Positions 1-9,827 of a stretch of 51,111 nt of DNA are shown one piece after another; the stretch's first letter is position 1, and each line of letters starts with the position of its first letter. Made by a program: the position numbers and the translations under genes. Source of the stretch: Candidatus Hermodarchaeota archaeon (lineage in GTDB: Archaea > Asgardarchaeota > Hermodarchaeia > Hermodarchaeales > Hermodarchaeaceae). Under the pieces are notes generated by a model. The model was not told where the DNA came from and searched no databases. It saw only the letters and a list, made by a program, of their open reading frames with translations. The stretch lies in contig JAEOTB010000115.1 of the NCBI GenBank assembly GCA_016840065.1, positions 1 through 51,111 of the forward strand, given 5' to 3'.

Positions 1-1017
1 TACGGCATCGGACTCATAGGTATCGGCGCTCTAACCCACACCGGGAATAATGTTGCTATGGATAGTTTTGGCCCCATCGCGGATAATGCGGGTGGGATTG
101 GTGAGATGGCTGGCGCGTCTAAGGAGTCTCGTAAGGTGCTGGCTGACCTTGATGCAGTGGGTAACACGACGAAGGCAATTACGAAGAGCATTGCCATTTC
201 GTCTGCAGTGATTGCTGCGGTGACCTTGTTTGCCAGTTTCATTGTGGATGTGGGTCGCGTCGCTGACTCGCTGGGTATGACTAATCCGTTGGAGGCTGGT
301 ATCCGGATTGATTATCCGCTCGTGTTCACTGGACTTCTTGTTGGTGCTGCCTTGCCTTGGCTGTTTTCGGCGTTGACCATCCGGGCGGTCGGGCGTGCAG
401 CCGGACAAATCGTGACTGAGGTCCGGAGGCAACTGAAGCTTCCTGGTATCATGTCTGGTAAGAGGAAGCCGGATTACTCTCGGGCAGTTTCCATCAGTAC
501 CACTGCTGCCCAGAAGGAGCTGGTCTCGTTGACGGTGATTTCTGTGGCTCTGCCCTTGCTGATTGGGCTGATACTACCAATCGATTCTCTGGGCGGATTC
601 CTTGGCGGCATCATCCTGTCAGGGTTACTGCTGGCTGTTTACATGGCCATAACTGGCGGCGCGTGGGATAACGCCAAGAAGTACATCGAGGAAGAAGAAA
701 TCGACCTCGAGGCTGGTACTGGTAAGGGGTCTTTCAGGCATAAGTCGTCGGTTGTGGGTGATACGGTTGGTGATCCGTTGAAGGATACTGCGGGTCCGGC
801 GTTGAATCCGATGATCAAGATTGTGAATCTTATCAGCTTGTTGGCGGCGCCTATCCTTGTTCAGTACCGGTATCTGGCGTTTCAGCTGGGCGACCAGATT
901 GCCTTCATCGGGATTCTTGTTGCTTCTTTGGTGTTGTTGTTGGCGCTTGTTTGGTCCTATCGGACTAGTAAGCGTCCGGCTCCCAGCCTTGGAATTCCAT
1001 GGGAGTCAACAGATTAG
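1..1017 (+). CDS. hppA: Membrane-bound H+-translocating pyrophosphatase, K+-independent type (5' truncated)
   Basis: Frame is open from base 1 (YGIGLIGIGALTHTGNNVAM). Motifs DSFGPIADNAGGI, DAVGNTTKA, GGAWDNAKK and GDTVGDPLKDTAGP. GNTTKA (Lys) is the K+-independent signature. Confidence 0.95.
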   Translation, partial: YGIGLIGIGALTHTGNNVAMDSFGPIADNAGGIGEMAGASKESRKVLADLDAVGNTTKAITKSIAISSAVIAAVTLFASFIVDVGRVADSLGMTNPLEAGIRIDYPLVFTGLLVGAALPWLFSALTIRAVGRAAGQIVTEVRRQLKLPGIMSGKRKPDYSRAVSISTTAAQKELVSLTVISVALPLLIGLILPIDSLGGFLGGIILSGLLLAVYMAITGGAWDNAKKYIEEEEIDLEAGTGKGSFRHKSSVVGDTVGDPLKDTAGPALNPMIKIVNLISLLAAPILVQYRYLAFQLGDQIAFIGILVASLVLLLALVWSYRTSKRPAPSLGIPWESTD

Positions 1018-1111
1018 CCATCACCAAGAACTTCACGCTTAAGCCAGTGGAACAACAGAATCCCCGTAAGCCTTTTAGGAAGGTCTTATTATAGAGGGTT
1101 TTCTCCGAGGG

Positions 1112-1765
1112 ATGACTATGTCACCTGGAAAAGAATACATCGATTTTCAAGTCCATTCCCGAGTACCAAACGAATTAGGGTTCAACTTCCTACCAGGCAA
1201 GGATAATGATTTCCCCGTGGTAGTGACAAAGTTTCCGTCTACTTTGCTAGTACGGTTAAGAGTTGAGAACCCGAATGTCTGGAGCTGGTGGCACAAGAAC
1301 AAGATGGTAGAATGTACTTGGAGAGGTGCTGCTGGGGACGACCGCGGCTGGCTACCTATCCCACACGGTGCATTATTCATTGGTCTTTGGCCGTTGAGCC
1401 TGATACCCTTGCCAGACACCCTAGTGGAAATCACTAATCCAGTGGTAATCCATAACTCGATTCATTATACATCAAAGGTCGGGAAAGCCTTTGGAACGGG
1501 TGAGTGGGTGAAGCTTACCTTTCCCACAGAGACTGCTGATGGACGAAAGTTAGAGCCAAGTGTGCTGGTGTTCGGTATGAATGATGACTTTGGCACCTTT
1601 GGAGATAATTATGGTATTCTTCATCTTGATGTCAAGCTTGACTTTGAACCTGATCCAGAAGCTCTGAAGTTCCCATTTCCGCAGAACAACATCATCGATT
1701 TCCCCCTGTCGCTTCACTCAAAGATTGCCGCTCTTCGCAGCACCTTGATCAAGATTACAGACTAG
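1112..1765 (+). CDS. Hypothetical protein with possible PA-IL/LecA-like lectin domain
   Basis: HGALFIG and VFGMNDDFGTFGDNYGILHLDV resemble the LecA segments CGALVMKIG and [21 protein letters not shown] as I recall them. Confidence 0.5.
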   Translation: MTMSPGKEYIDFQVHSRVPNELGFNFLPGKDNDFPVVVTKFPSTLLVRLRVENPNVWSWWHKNKMVECTWRGAAGDDRGWLPIPHGALFIGLWPLSLIPLPDTLVEITNPVVIHNSIHYTSKVGKAFGTGEWVKLTFPTETADGRKLEPSVLVFGMNDDFGTFGDNYGILHLDVKLDFEPDPEALKFPFPQNNIIDFPLSLHSKIAALRSTLIKITD

Positions 1766-1887
1766 CATTCAACTAGCCTGTCAAGTCTAACTTGTTCCTT
1801 GGGAGTGGGATTAAGGCAGCCTCAGCACGAGCTACAGACTTTTAAGCGATTGAAGAGTTATTCGCTTTCGCTGAAGTGGTGGAAGCC

Positions 1888-3102
1888 ATGGTTGACTTTT
1901 CATTATCAAAACATGAAAAAGAACTCTTTGAGAAGGCAATGGAGTTCACACGTAAATACATAACACCTAATGCCCGAGAGCTAGAAGAAGCGAACGAGTT
2001 TCCCTGGGAAATCGCCCAGAAAGCCAAGGAGGCAGGGCTTATGCACCTCCATATTCCCAAGGATATTGGTGGTCAGGGTTATACCCTGTTTGAGGAGACC
2101 CTCATTGCCGAAGCGATTGGGTACGGTGATGCAGGTGTTGCCACAACCTTGTTGGCGGATAACCTAGCCTTTACACCAATCCTTATCGGTTCCACGCAGG
2201 AACAATTGGAGAAGTACATCAAGCCGCTAGCCAGCGACCCTAAGGTGAAGCTGGGTGCATTCTGTTTAACTGAACGCGTTGCAGGATCCGATGCCGCAGC
2301 CATAAAGACCGTGGCTGAAAAGGATGGGGATGAATGGGTTATTAATGGGCACAAATGCTTTGCCACCAGTGGTCACGTGGCATCGATTCTCTCAGTCTTT
2401 ACGACCACCGACCCCGAGCAAGGCTACAAGACGATGGCCTGCCACATGGTCCCTGCAGATGCCCCTGGTGTAAAAATCGGGTTCCTCGAGAACAAAATGG
2501 GACAAAGCGCGTCATTTCAGTGTGAAATTGAATTTAAGGATGTCAGAGTCCCCGCCGACTGCATTCTAGGTAAGGTAGGGGATGGCTTCAAGATTGCCAT
2601 GCAGACTCTCGACAAGACACGAGCCTCAATTGCAGCGATTGGAGTGGGCGTTGCCCAACGAGCCGTCCACGAGGCTGCCAAATTCGCCAACCACCGCAGA
2701 CAGTTCGGGCAGAAAATCGGTAAATTCCAGGGCATCGCTTTCCTTCTAGCCGACATGGAAGCTAGGGCAATGGCTGCCCGCTGGGCTACCCGCTACGCCG
2801 CATGGCTCGCAGACAAAGGAATGCGAAACAGCAAGGAGTCCTCGTTAGCTAAGGTCCTCGCCACCGACGCCGCAATGCTGAACGCCACAGACTGCGTCCA
2901 AATCATGGGAGGCTACGGATACCTTCGGGAATACCCTGCAGAACAAATGATGCGCGGAGCCAAACTCCTCCAAATCTACGAAGGCACAAATCAAATCCAG
3001 CGTGTTGTCGCCAGTGGTCTTATCCTAAAAGAATCCAAAGAAATCGATACAGGATTTCGTCTCAAGTATGACGGAAAAGATGCGCCAAATCCATGGGAGT
3101 AA
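1888..3102 (+). CDS. Acyl-CoA dehydrogenase
   Basis: FCLTERVAGSDAA, INGHKCF, RRQFGQKIG, QIMGGYGY and IYEGTNQIQR motifs. ATG at 1888; alternative GTG at 1876. Confidence 0.95.
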   Translation: MVDFSLSKHEKELFEKAMEFTRKYITPNARELEEANEFPWEIAQKAKEAGLMHLHIPKDIGGQGYTLFEETLIAEAIGYGDAGVATTLLADNLAFTPILIGSTQEQLEKYIKPLASDPKVKLGAFCLTERVAGSDAAAIKTVAEKDGDEWVINGHKCFATSGHVASILSVFTTTDPEQGYKTMACHMVPADAPGVKIGFLENKMGQSASFQCEIEFKDVRVPADCILGKVGDGFKIAMQTLDKTRASIAAIGVGVAQRAVHEAAKFANHRRQFGQKIGKFQGIAFLLADMEARAMAARWATRYAAWLADKGMRNSKESSLAKVLATDAAMLNATDCVQIMGGYGYLREYPAEQMMRGAKLLQIYEGTNQIQRVVASGLILKESKEIDTGFRLKYDGKDAPNPWE

Positions 3103-3134
3103 CAAAGAAGGAACATTGCCCTTAGTTCTGGGGT

Positions 3135-3494
3135 CTAGCTGATCATTGCCTGCACGATCAGTTTGGCTAGTTGTGCTGATTCGTGACCTGCTCCTACGAT
3201 AACGAGTTCCCATCGTTTGACGAGTTCACGGAAGTCTGTTTTACCTGTGAATAGGTCTAGGAGGGTTTGGGCAGGTGCCTTGTATATCACGTCAGGAGAG
3301 GGAGAAACTCCATTCTTAACGCGCATTAGTCCTTCTCTGTCTAGAATTATGTGGAATGTACCTTTGTCCGTTTCGAGTTGTAGAATCTTACCATAGTAGG
3401 GTCCCACCCAGTTACGGACGAATTCTCGAAGATTAGCGCTTTCATTCACTCTTGTGATTAGTCCCTCGATGAGTTGCTGAAGCGGATTAGACAC
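3135..3494 (-). CDS. SCP2 sterol/lipid-carrier-like domain protein
   Basis: 119 aa with the SCP2-like pattern ILQL..FHIIL..G.MRV..G...PDVIY......LLDLFTG.......L.IVG. Confidence 0.65.
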   Translation of the reverse strand: MSNPLQQLIEGLITRVNESANLREFVRNWVGPYYGKILQLETDKGTFHIILDREGLMRVKNGVSPSPDVIYKAPAQTLLDLFTGKTDFRELVKRWELVIVGAGHESAQLAKLIVQAMIS

Positions 3495-3519
3495 ATCTAT
3501 TATCTCCTATTGTTGCTTC

Positions 3520-3789
3520 CTATTCTTTCTGTATCCATTTCCTGAGCGCTTCTAGAGCTGCCTCGTTGACGTTTCGTGCACTGATATCTCCTTTGCGCGC
3601 TCGTACTTTCGTGAGAAAAGCCTGGTACAACTCACTTTCCAACTGAAGTACAACCCTTCCCATCCGATTCTTAACAAGGGATTCAGCGATGTACTTGTTG
3701 TGGCGGATTGATTTGGTTTCGATGTCTTCTAGTTCCAGATGGGGGTAGCCTGGCCACTCACCATCAGGTGCTTTTCTATACCGCGTCAT
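3520..3789 (-). CDS. Hypothetical protein with C-terminal ribbon-helix-helix-like domain
   Basis: VVLQLESELYQAF...NVNEAALEALRKWI has strand-helix-helix (RHH) patterning. Confidence 0.55.
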   Translation of the reverse strand: MTRYRKAPDGEWPGYPHLELEDIETKSIRHNKYIAESLVKNRMGRVVLQLESELYQAFLTKVRARKGDISARNVNEAALEALRKWIQKE

Positions 3790-3798
3790 CTCTAAACT

Positions 3799-4077
3799 TC
3801 ACCTTCCATTTTCAACGTCAATTGATTGGTCACCAGGGAGTTTTACCAAACCTGGTTGGAAAGGCCACTCGACGACATATCGCATGCCGCGTTTTCCGTC
3901 AACATTTCCTCTCCTCCAGGTGCCAACATATACCTGGGCTCCGTAACCTTTCACGAATTCGCTGAGAATGAGGCGAGCAGCATCCTGCGGGGAGATATTT
4001 GCTTCCCGGGCTTTTTCTGCTAGCGCCTTCTCAACATCTTTGGTTAGAATTATCTTCATCGTGTTCTTTCCTCCCAT
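3799..4077 (-). CDS. Ribbon-helix-helix (CopG-like) protein
   Basis: MKIILTKDVEKALAEKAREANISPQDAARLILSEFV. Starts 2 bp after the nitroreductase stop. Confidence 0.6.
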   Translation of the reverse strand: MGGKNTMKIILTKDVEKALAEKAREANISPQDAARLILSEFVKGYGAQVYVGTWRRGNVDGKRGMRYVVEWPFQPGLVKLPGDQSIDVENGR

Positions 4078-4079
4078 CT

Positions 4080-4850
4080 CTACTTGTCCTTGGAGCTCTT
4101 TCGTAATGCCTTACGCACATAAGGAATGCCCCACCGTTCCTCGTAGAAGCTGCTCTCAAGGGGGAACCTAGATGGACCCAGCATGCGGGGCTTCTCAGGA
4201 ATCCCGATACAAAAGGCTGCGAGTGGAGTCCAGGTTCGGGGGATTCCCAGTTTCTCGCAGATATATTCCACATGCCTTTTATCGGCAAAGGGTACGGCCT
4301 GATATGCGCAGGCGTAGCCCATGGAGTGAGCGACTAGCCACATGTTCAGGACACCCATCCCAACGACAACACTGCCACACAGCTCATTCGGATACATCGC
4401 TGTGCTGTCGTGCCAAGTTTCTGAAGCGCAACACACAATCACAGCATCCGCCTTCTCTGGGTACCGGAAGAGTGAGCCATCCCTCATCTCCTCATAGGTT
4501 CCTGGTCGACTGGTATCGGGCATATACCAGAGCCGCCCCTGTGTAGCCTCGTAAGGGAAATTACCGAAAACATAACGGGCGGCTTCTTGGCTGATATCAG
4601 CGATCAGGCGTTTCATCTTCTCATCCTCTCTAATGACCAAAAACCTCCATTGTTGCATATTCTCTGGAGATGGCGCGTATCTTGCTGCGTCGAGGATGAG
4701 TTCGAGATCATCATCTGGGATTCGTTCACCAGTCATATGTCGTATGCTTCGGCGCATTCGGATTAGCTCGACTATCTTGTTGGTAGCTTCGTTTTGACCG
4801 CGAGACGGTGATTCCGGCTCTGCCTTGGTATCCTCTTTTACCTCCGTCAT
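4080..4850 (-). CDS. Nitroreductase family protein
   Basis: RRSIR, AARYAPSPENMQQWRFLVI and NMWLVAHSMG motifs. Confidence 0.92.
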   Translation of the reverse strand: MTEVKEDTKAEPESPSRGQNEATNKIVELIRMRRSIRHMTGERIPDDDLELILDAARYAPSPENMQQWRFLVIREDEKMKRLIADISQEAARYVFGNFPYEATQGRLWYMPDTSRPGTYEEMRDGSLFRYPEKADAVIVCCASETWHDSTAMYPNELCGSVVVGMGVLNMWLVAHSMGYACAYQAVPFADKRHVEYICEKLGIPRTWTPLAAFCIGIPEKPRMLGPSRFPLESSFYEERWGIPYVRKALRKSSKDK

Positions 4851-4993
4851 GATAATCGACTCGTTGCTGGGTAAACTAGCTCACCCTTACACGGAGGCGT
4901 TATTTAATCATAGCCTAATAGTGAAAGAAACTACCTAAGAGTAGAGAAGCTAGGATCGCACTTCTAAGTGTGAAGCCTTATTGTTGAGGAGGT

Positions 4994-5746
4994 TTACTGG
5001 CTCTTACGTATGTGGAACACAAGCCCGTCAAGTTTCTCAAGAACTATGTCTACGGTTTGTTTTGGAATATCTATGGGGCTGGATTTAGTTAATGAGATGA
5101 TTTCCTTGAAAACGCTCGCAGCAACAGCTCTGTTGGACAGGTTATTCATAGTTATGTCCCGTGACTGTTCCAGTAGGTCTAACATGAACTCCTTTGGAAC
5201 CTTCTCACGTCTTCTCAGCTGAACAATTACATCCTGCAGTGTTTCAACAACACCAGCCACACGTTGGTCTGGAATATCTGATGGACGTCGAACAGAAGCA
5301 GAAGGTGTCGTAGTAGCCGGTGCAGGTTCGGCTGTAGCAGGGGCGAGAGTTGGGGCAGATGCAGCCGGAGCAGCTGACGCTGTTAATTCCGGAATAATCA
5401 TCTCAGCTACAATCTTTCTAACCCGACCATCTAGAGTTTCGATTAGATTCTGAAGCATTGGAACCATTGCGCCCTGAACCTGCTTCTCAGATATTCCACC
5501 ACCAACTTTAGAGATAGCATCTTGGAGTTGGTTAAGTCGTTGTTCCAAGGCGGCTATCTGTTGACCAAGTTGCTGAACAGCTTGAGTTGTCTGGGTATCG
5601 GAACCACTTGCGGTTTGAAGCGCCGCAATGGACTGGCTCAAAGCAGTAACCTGTTCACCCATCTTCTTCTGGGTTTGATAAACTTGGGCAAGGTATTGAA
5701 TTATACGTTTCAGTTCCTGTTCGCTTGAGGCGGGTGGCTCGGCCAT
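4994..5746 (-). CDS. Hypothetical protein: coiled coil, Ala/Pro linker, C-terminal helical domain
   Basis: Gln/Leu heptads, then ASAAPAASAPTLAPATAEPAPA, then amphipathic helices. ATG at 5746 preferred as start. Confidence 0.7.
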   Translation of the reverse strand: MAEPPASSEQELKRIIQYLAQVYQTQKKMGEQVTALSQSIAALQTASGSDTQTTQAVQQLGQQIAALEQRLNQLQDAISKVGGGISEKQVQGAMVPMLQNLIETLDGRVRKIVAEMIIPELTASAAPAASAPTLAPATAEPAPATTTPSASVRRPSDIPDQRVAGVVETLQDVIVQLRRREKVPKEFMLDLLEQSRDITMNNLSNRAVAASVFKEIISLTKSSPIDIPKQTVDIVLEKLDGLVFHIRKSQ

Positions 5747-5886
5747 AAAATCAATCTCCGAATAAACTGTAAAATAACATAGGGAAATATGCATAATAAC
5801 CTTATGTCACCCTATATATTCGGCGCGCAATTTAAAGGAATCAGCAATCAATAGAGCTTTGACATTACAAGACGGGTAGCCATTTT

Positions 5887-6336
5887 TCAGGTGTCAATGG
5901 TTTCCACAGTCACATCGACAGGGATGCCTTGACGAACAGACGCAGTTACGATGCAGTAGTTCTCAAAGATATCCATGCATCTTTTTAGCCGCTTCTCGTC
6001 TTGTTCCTCAGTCGCAACTAGGATCTGCACCTGAATATTGTTTATTCGCCAGCGGCCATCTTCGTTTCGAGCGATGTTTGTTGTTACCTCAGCTCGGATA
6101 CTCTTTACTTCTAGTTTGCTGCGCTGCAGGCAGAACATCAAGCTAGCCGATAGGCAGTTCCCGACGGCAGCCGACAGTATTCGGCTTGCGTTTGGCTCTG
6201 AATCATGACCTACTGGTTCTGGCTCATCAATCGTTAAGGGCGCGTAGTGCTCCTTATCAAACCGGGCTAGAAACTCGAAGTCCCTAACCCGTTCGATTAC
6301 GATTGAAAAGGAGTGCTGTTCACTTTCGGGTGTCAA
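5887..6336 (-). CDS. OsmC/Ohr family protein
   Basis: DEP..G....PN...LSAAVGNC and a second Cys in NYCIVTASV. Confidence 0.88.
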   Translation of the reverse strand: MTPESEQHSFSIVIERVRDFEFLARFDKEHYAPLTIDEPEPVGHDSEPNASRILSAAVGNCLSASLMFCLQRSKLEVKSIRAEVTTNIARNEDGRWRINNIQVQILVATEEQDEKRLKRCMDIFENYCIVTASVRQGIPVDVTVETIDT

Positions 6337-6794
6337 TCTTCAGCACCAAATGATTGGGTTGCAGGACTTTCAGCACTCTTTGCCTTGAATTGGGCGAAAA
6401 GTGCAAAGAAGCAGCCGAGGATTCCTGGGGCTGGAAGGATTAGCATCAGTATAGCAGTCACCCAAATATAGGAAGTAAAGATTCCATAATAATGAAAGAA
6501 CAAGCCAAGTATGCCCAATCCGGCACCAACGCTTATTATGAATTTTCCGATTTTCGCCCTATCGGTTAGTAAGAGAATGGAACCTAGGATGACAACGAAG
6601 CCACCGAATGCCCCGATAAAGTTCAACACCGTTAGAAAAACGGTTATCACTAGCAGAATTTCAGGTGATACCGTGACTATCGTCAATGCCCACCCAAGGA
6701 GCCAACCCCACAATCCTGCACCACCCGTCATTCCGGATAGAATCATGAGGAGGCCGGCAATTATTCCTACAAAGAAAGGCAATTTGTTTCTCAT
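6333..6794 (-). CDS. Hypothetical membrane protein (~4 TM)
   Basis: Gly-rich hydrophobic helices. Overlaps the OsmC start by 4 bp. Confidence 0.75.
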   Translation of the reverse strand: MRNKLPFFVGIIAGLLMILSGMTGGAGLWGWLLGWALTIVTVSPEILLVITVFLTVLNFIGAFGGFVVILGSILLLTDRAKIGKFIISVGAGLGILGLFFHYYGIFTSYIWVTAILMLILPAPGILGCFFALFAQFKAKSAESPATQSFGAED

Positions 6795-6894
6795 TGCATA
6801 CACCAATTACTCAGTATATTCCATTTAACCTGCTCTCACTAAATACTTCACGCTTCTCCAATAACTTCGTCCTAACAGGATAAGAATATAGTCT

Positions 6895-8553
6895 TCACGA
6901 ACTTCCCTGTTTCTCCAGATATTCCTCTCGCAACACCCGCCGGAGTGTTTTCCCGACCATGCTCTTCGGGAGTTCGGTTCGGAACTCGATGAATTCTGGG
7001 ACTTTATAGTAGGTGAGTCGTTCCTTGCAGAAAGCTTTGATTTCTTCTATTGTTGCGGTTTTGCCCTCCTTCAGGACAATGAAAGCCGCCACCGCTTCAC
7101 CACTTCTTTCTGAAGGAACACCAACCACTGATGCATCAGCTACTGCAGGATGCTCAAACAGAACCTCCTCCACTGTGCGTGGATAGATCTTGAAACCGGA
7201 TCGACTAATCATCTGCTTGAGCCGATCGACGATATAGAAGTAGCCGTCGTCGTCCATCCGTGCCATGTCACCTGTATGGAGCCAGCCATCTCGTAGCTGG
7301 TGGGCTGTCTCTTCGGGCTTGTTCCAGTACCCCTTCATTACCTGGGGTCCCTTGATGATGAGTTCGCCAATCTTGCCGACGGGGACATCCTTACCAGTCT
7401 GGGGATCGACAATCCTTGCTAACGTATTCGGAAAGGGCACTCCGATTGAGCCTTCCCGCTGTTTATCAAAGGGGGGCTTCTCCTGAATAGGATTGGCATG
7501 GGTTACTGGGCTAGCCTCTGTCAACCCGAAGCCTTCGACCAGGTTGGCGCCTGCAATCTCCTCAAACTTACGCGCGATAGCCATCGGAAGCGGCGCGGCA
7601 CCCGATAGACACGCTGTCAAGGAACTAAGGTCAAACTGCGCAAGGTCAGGATTGTTAATCAAAGAAGCATACAGAGTTGGGACACCAGGCATGAACCTCA
7701 CCTGGTATTTCGGAATATCCCGCAAGATTTGACCGATGTCAGGTCTGGGATGGAGGATAATTTTACCAGCTAGGAGGATAGTGTTTAACATGCAAACGGT
7801 CAAACCGAAGCTGTGGAAGAAGGGCAAGACTCCTAAGGTTGAATCACCTAAGCCGCGTTCTGCGAAGGATATCCACGCTCTGCACTGATAGGCGTTTGCC
7901 ACGAGATTCCGGTGGGTGAGCATAGCGCCCTTAGGAGTGCCTGTCGTGCCCCCAGTGTAAATTAGCACAGCGGGGGTTTCCTTTGTGTCGATTTGAATTT
8001 TGGGTGGTTTGGGCTCGGTTTTTTCTAGGAGTTCGCTCCAGAGATGATACCCTGGTACCTCAGGGAGTTCAAAGCTGACACGCATTCCCGGGAAGGCATC
8101 AGCCATGGTTGTTACGATTGTGTGTTTTACACTTGTTTCTTCACGGATTTTTGCGTAAGCATCATGCATGATGTCGATGACGACTAGGGCTTTGACGCCG
8201 GAGTCGTTGAGTTGGAACTTCATTTCTGGTGGTGTGTGGAGAGGGTTTATGAGCGTGGCAATTGCCCCTGCTTTGAGGATGCCGAAAAAGGCGATGGGGA
8301 ACTGGGGCATATTTCCTAGTATTATTCCAACGACATCGCCTGGTTTGACGCCCATTTTGACAAGGGCGGTGGCGAAGCGGTCGGCTTTTTCGTTAACTTC
8401 GCTATATTTAACCTCATTACCAAGGAATACACAACAAGTGTTGTCGGGGAAGTCACGTGCTGAATCTTCCAGGAGGGTCTGAAGAGGAAAACTGGGGATC
8501 TCAATTTCTGCTGGTACATCGGGCTCGTAGAACTTTAACCAAGGCTTTTCCAT
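6895..8553 (-). CDS. Long-chain-fatty-acid--CoA ligase
   Basis: YTGGTTGTPKG, EGFGLTE, TGD, DRLK and PKSMVGK adenylation motifs. Start at MEKPW (8553). Confidence 0.95.
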   Translation of the reverse strand: MEKPWLKFYEPDVPAEIEIPSFPLQTLLEDSARDFPDNTCCVFLGNEVKYSEVNEKADRFATALVKMGVKPGDVVGIILGNMPQFPIAFFGILKAGAIATLINPLHTPPEMKFQLNDSGVKALVVIDIMHDAYAKIREETSVKHTIVTTMADAFPGMRVSFELPEVPGYHLWSELLEKTEPKPPKIQIDTKETPAVLIYTGGTTGTPKGAMLTHRNLVANAYQCRAWISFAERGLGDSTLGVLPFFHSFGLTVCMLNTILLAGKIILHPRPDIGQILRDIPKYQVRFMPGVPTLYASLINNPDLAQFDLSSLTACLSGAAPLPMAIARKFEEIAGANLVEGFGLTEASPVTHANPIQEKPPFDKQREGSIGVPFPNTLARIVDPQTGKDVPVGKIGELIIKGPQVMKGYWNKPEETAHQLRDGWLHTGDMARMDDDGYFYIVDRLKQMISRSGFKIYPRTVEEVLFEHPAVADASVVGVPSERSGEAVAAFIVLKEGKTATIEEIKAFCKERLTYYKVPEFIEFRTELPKSMVGKTLRRVLREEYLEKQGSS

Positions 8554-8680
8554 TTTCTTCCACCTTTCAATAGAATACTCAACCTTGTGTGCTTGTAGAT
8601 AAAAAGGATTATTCTTGCCATGCATCTTTTCACCTAGGATAAAGAAGACCATTATAAGCAGAGGGTGATATGGTTGAGTT

Positions 8681-9694
8681 ATGGACCAAGACGTCGTTGT
8701 CAAGGCTTTGATGAAAACAGAAGCTTACGATGTGCCCCCGGAGAAACCAATCAAACTGATCGAGACCCATATATCCTATATTTTCTTGACCGGCAAGTAC
8801 GCATACAAGATTAAGAAAGCGGTGGTCTTTGACTTCCTAGATTTCTCGACTCTAAAGAGCCGAAAATATTACTGTGAACACGAACTGAAACTCAACCAGC
8901 GCATCGCACCAGATATGTATCTAGAGGTTCTACCAATTACGGAGCAGAACGGTGAAATCAAGATTGGAGGCTCAGGTGAAGTTGTGGAATATGTTCTGAA
9001 GATGATTCAGCTACCCCCTGATGGCCTGATGACAGATCAGCTTGAGCGAGGGGAGGTGACAAAGGATATAGTCGACCAGCTTGCTTCTAGCCTTGTGAAA
9101 TTCCATGAAAAGGCTGAAAGTAGCGAACAGATATCCTCCCACGCAATGCCAGACAAGCTAGCTGAGAGATGGAATGAACAATTCAGTCAAACCGAACAGT
9201 TTGTTGGCATAGTTATTGGTCGAAGAGACTTTGACTTTCTTAGGGAGAGCGTCGAGAAGTTCATCGAGAAAAATCAACCAATATTTCTTCAGCGAATCAA
9301 GGAGGGTCGAATTAGACGATGTCATGGCGACCTCCATTCTGGCAACATCTTTGTAATTGATGGACGTCCACAGATTTTTGATTGCCTCGAATTCAACGAG
9401 GCCTACGCCTCCATCGATACCATCGCAGAGGTAGCGTTCTTCGCAATGGATATGGATTACCACGGCAGAAACGATCTTGCAGAGTTTTTCATCGAAAAGT
9501 ACATCGAATACAGCGGTGACAAGGAAGGAAAGGCTCTCCTCAGCTTTTACAAGGCGCACTATGCTTCGGTTCGTGGTATGGTCACATCGCTCCGCCTGAA
9601 GGAGAAGATGGATGCCGACGAAAGAAACCCAATTCGTGAGAAAGCGAGACGGTACTTCAAACTAACACTAGAGTATACAAAGACGCTATCATAG
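8681..9694 (+). CDS. Aminoglycoside-phosphotransferase-like protein (COG2187-type)
   Basis: ETHIS, YKIKK.V.FDFLDFSTL, HGDLHSGNI and FDCLEFN motifs. Confidence 0.85.
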   Translation: MDQDVVVKALMKTEAYDVPPEKPIKLIETHISYIFLTGKYAYKIKKAVVFDFLDFSTLKSRKYYCEHELKLNQRIAPDMYLEVLPITEQNGEIKIGGSGEVVEYVLKMIQLPPDGLMTDQLERGEVTKDIVDQLASSLVKFHEKAESSEQISSHAMPDKLAERWNEQFSQTEQFVGIVIGRRDFDFLRESVEKFIEKNQPIFLQRIKEGRIRRCHGDLHSGNIFVIDGRPQIFDCLEFNEAYASIDTIAEVAFFAMDMDYHGRNDLAEFFIEKYIEYSGDKEGKALLSFYKAHYASVRGMVTSLRLKEKMDADERNPIREKARRYFKLTLEYTKTLS

Positions 9695-9827
9695 TAAATA
9701 ACAAGAAATCTGAATCTAGTTGAGATTCTCATCCCTGCCTCCTTTATGTTGCCTCCTTCGTAAAGGTTTTTTAGTTTACTTGGTTGGTTTCTTCCAAACG
9801 TGGACTACGCACCGAGGCTACTTGCTG

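Noticed and set aside
8554-8703. Extended start of the acyl-CoA ligase
   Set aside because: It overlaps the divergent gene and promoter; the family-typical start is MEKPW.
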